From NCBI GenBank assembly GCA_031370785.1, contig JANMQY010000129.1, positions 1-20,560 of the forward strand: a stretch of 20,560 bases of DNA. The letters run 5' to 3'. Made by a program: the position numbers and the translations under genes. The notes beneath the pieces were generated by a model. That model saw only the letters and a list, made by a program, of their open reading frames with translations. It did no database searches and was not told where the DNA came from. Below are positions 20,434 through 20,560 of the stretch, piece by piece; the stretch's first letter is position 1, and every line of letters starts with the position of its first letter. Source of the stretch: Candidatus Eiseniibacteriota bacterium. Its GTDB lineage: Bacteria; Eisenbacteria; RBG-16-71-46.

Positions 20434-20560
20434 GGCTCATTCCTCCTTGACGCGGGACGGACCTGCTGCGGTGGTCATGACTTCGCGCCCGTGCCCGGGC
20501 GGGGTGGGAGCCAGGCGGCGCGCTGCCGTGCCCAGTCGCGCGCCGCGCGCCGCGTGGCCC

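Noticed and set aside
20066..20440. Alternative 124-aa ORF overlapping the small membrane gene
   Set aside because: The SD is only 1 nt from its ATG and the product is low-complexity; the 20433 start has proper SD spacing and a coherent membrane protein.
20437..20560. 3' end of an upstream minus-strand gene (a biotin carboxylase would be expected)
   Set aside because: Two frames give possible stops (20475 or 20437) and neither has a recognisable motif, so no call can be supported.

Overview
High-GC bacterial chromosomal window, densely coding. I found no rRNA, tRNA, CRISPR array or transposase. Plus strand (1-15350): 3' end of a flavodoxin-like gene with a probable 2-bp frameshift, acyl-CoA dehydrogenase, FIST-domain protein, a large secreted beta-propeller/di-heme cytochrome c protein, a thiolase-hbd-ACAD-membrane protein-ACAD cluster, a DUF362 protein and a five-PAS hybrid histidine kinase. 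Minus strand (15372-20560): a small membrane protein, a biotin carrier subunit, a split methylmalonyl-CoA mutase large subunit, methylmalonyl-CoA epimerase and a secreted PQQ-dependent sugar dehydrogenase-like protein. The backbone is ordinary acyl-CoA/propionyl-CoA catabolism. The unusual parts are (i) a propeller plus MauG/bCcP-like di-heme enzyme with no obvious canonical distal heme ligand, (ii) two redox enzymes ending in the same FlgD-Ig/T9SS-CTD-like tail, (iii) a perfect 19-bp inverted repeat forming an in-frame N-terminal extension of the mutase, and (iv) candidate heme/gas sensors (FIST, FixL-like PAS). The CTD-like tails in a high-GC genome suggest an FCB-related candidate lineage such as Ca. 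Eisenbacteria, which is inference only. All family calls come from motif recognition by eye; no searches were run.
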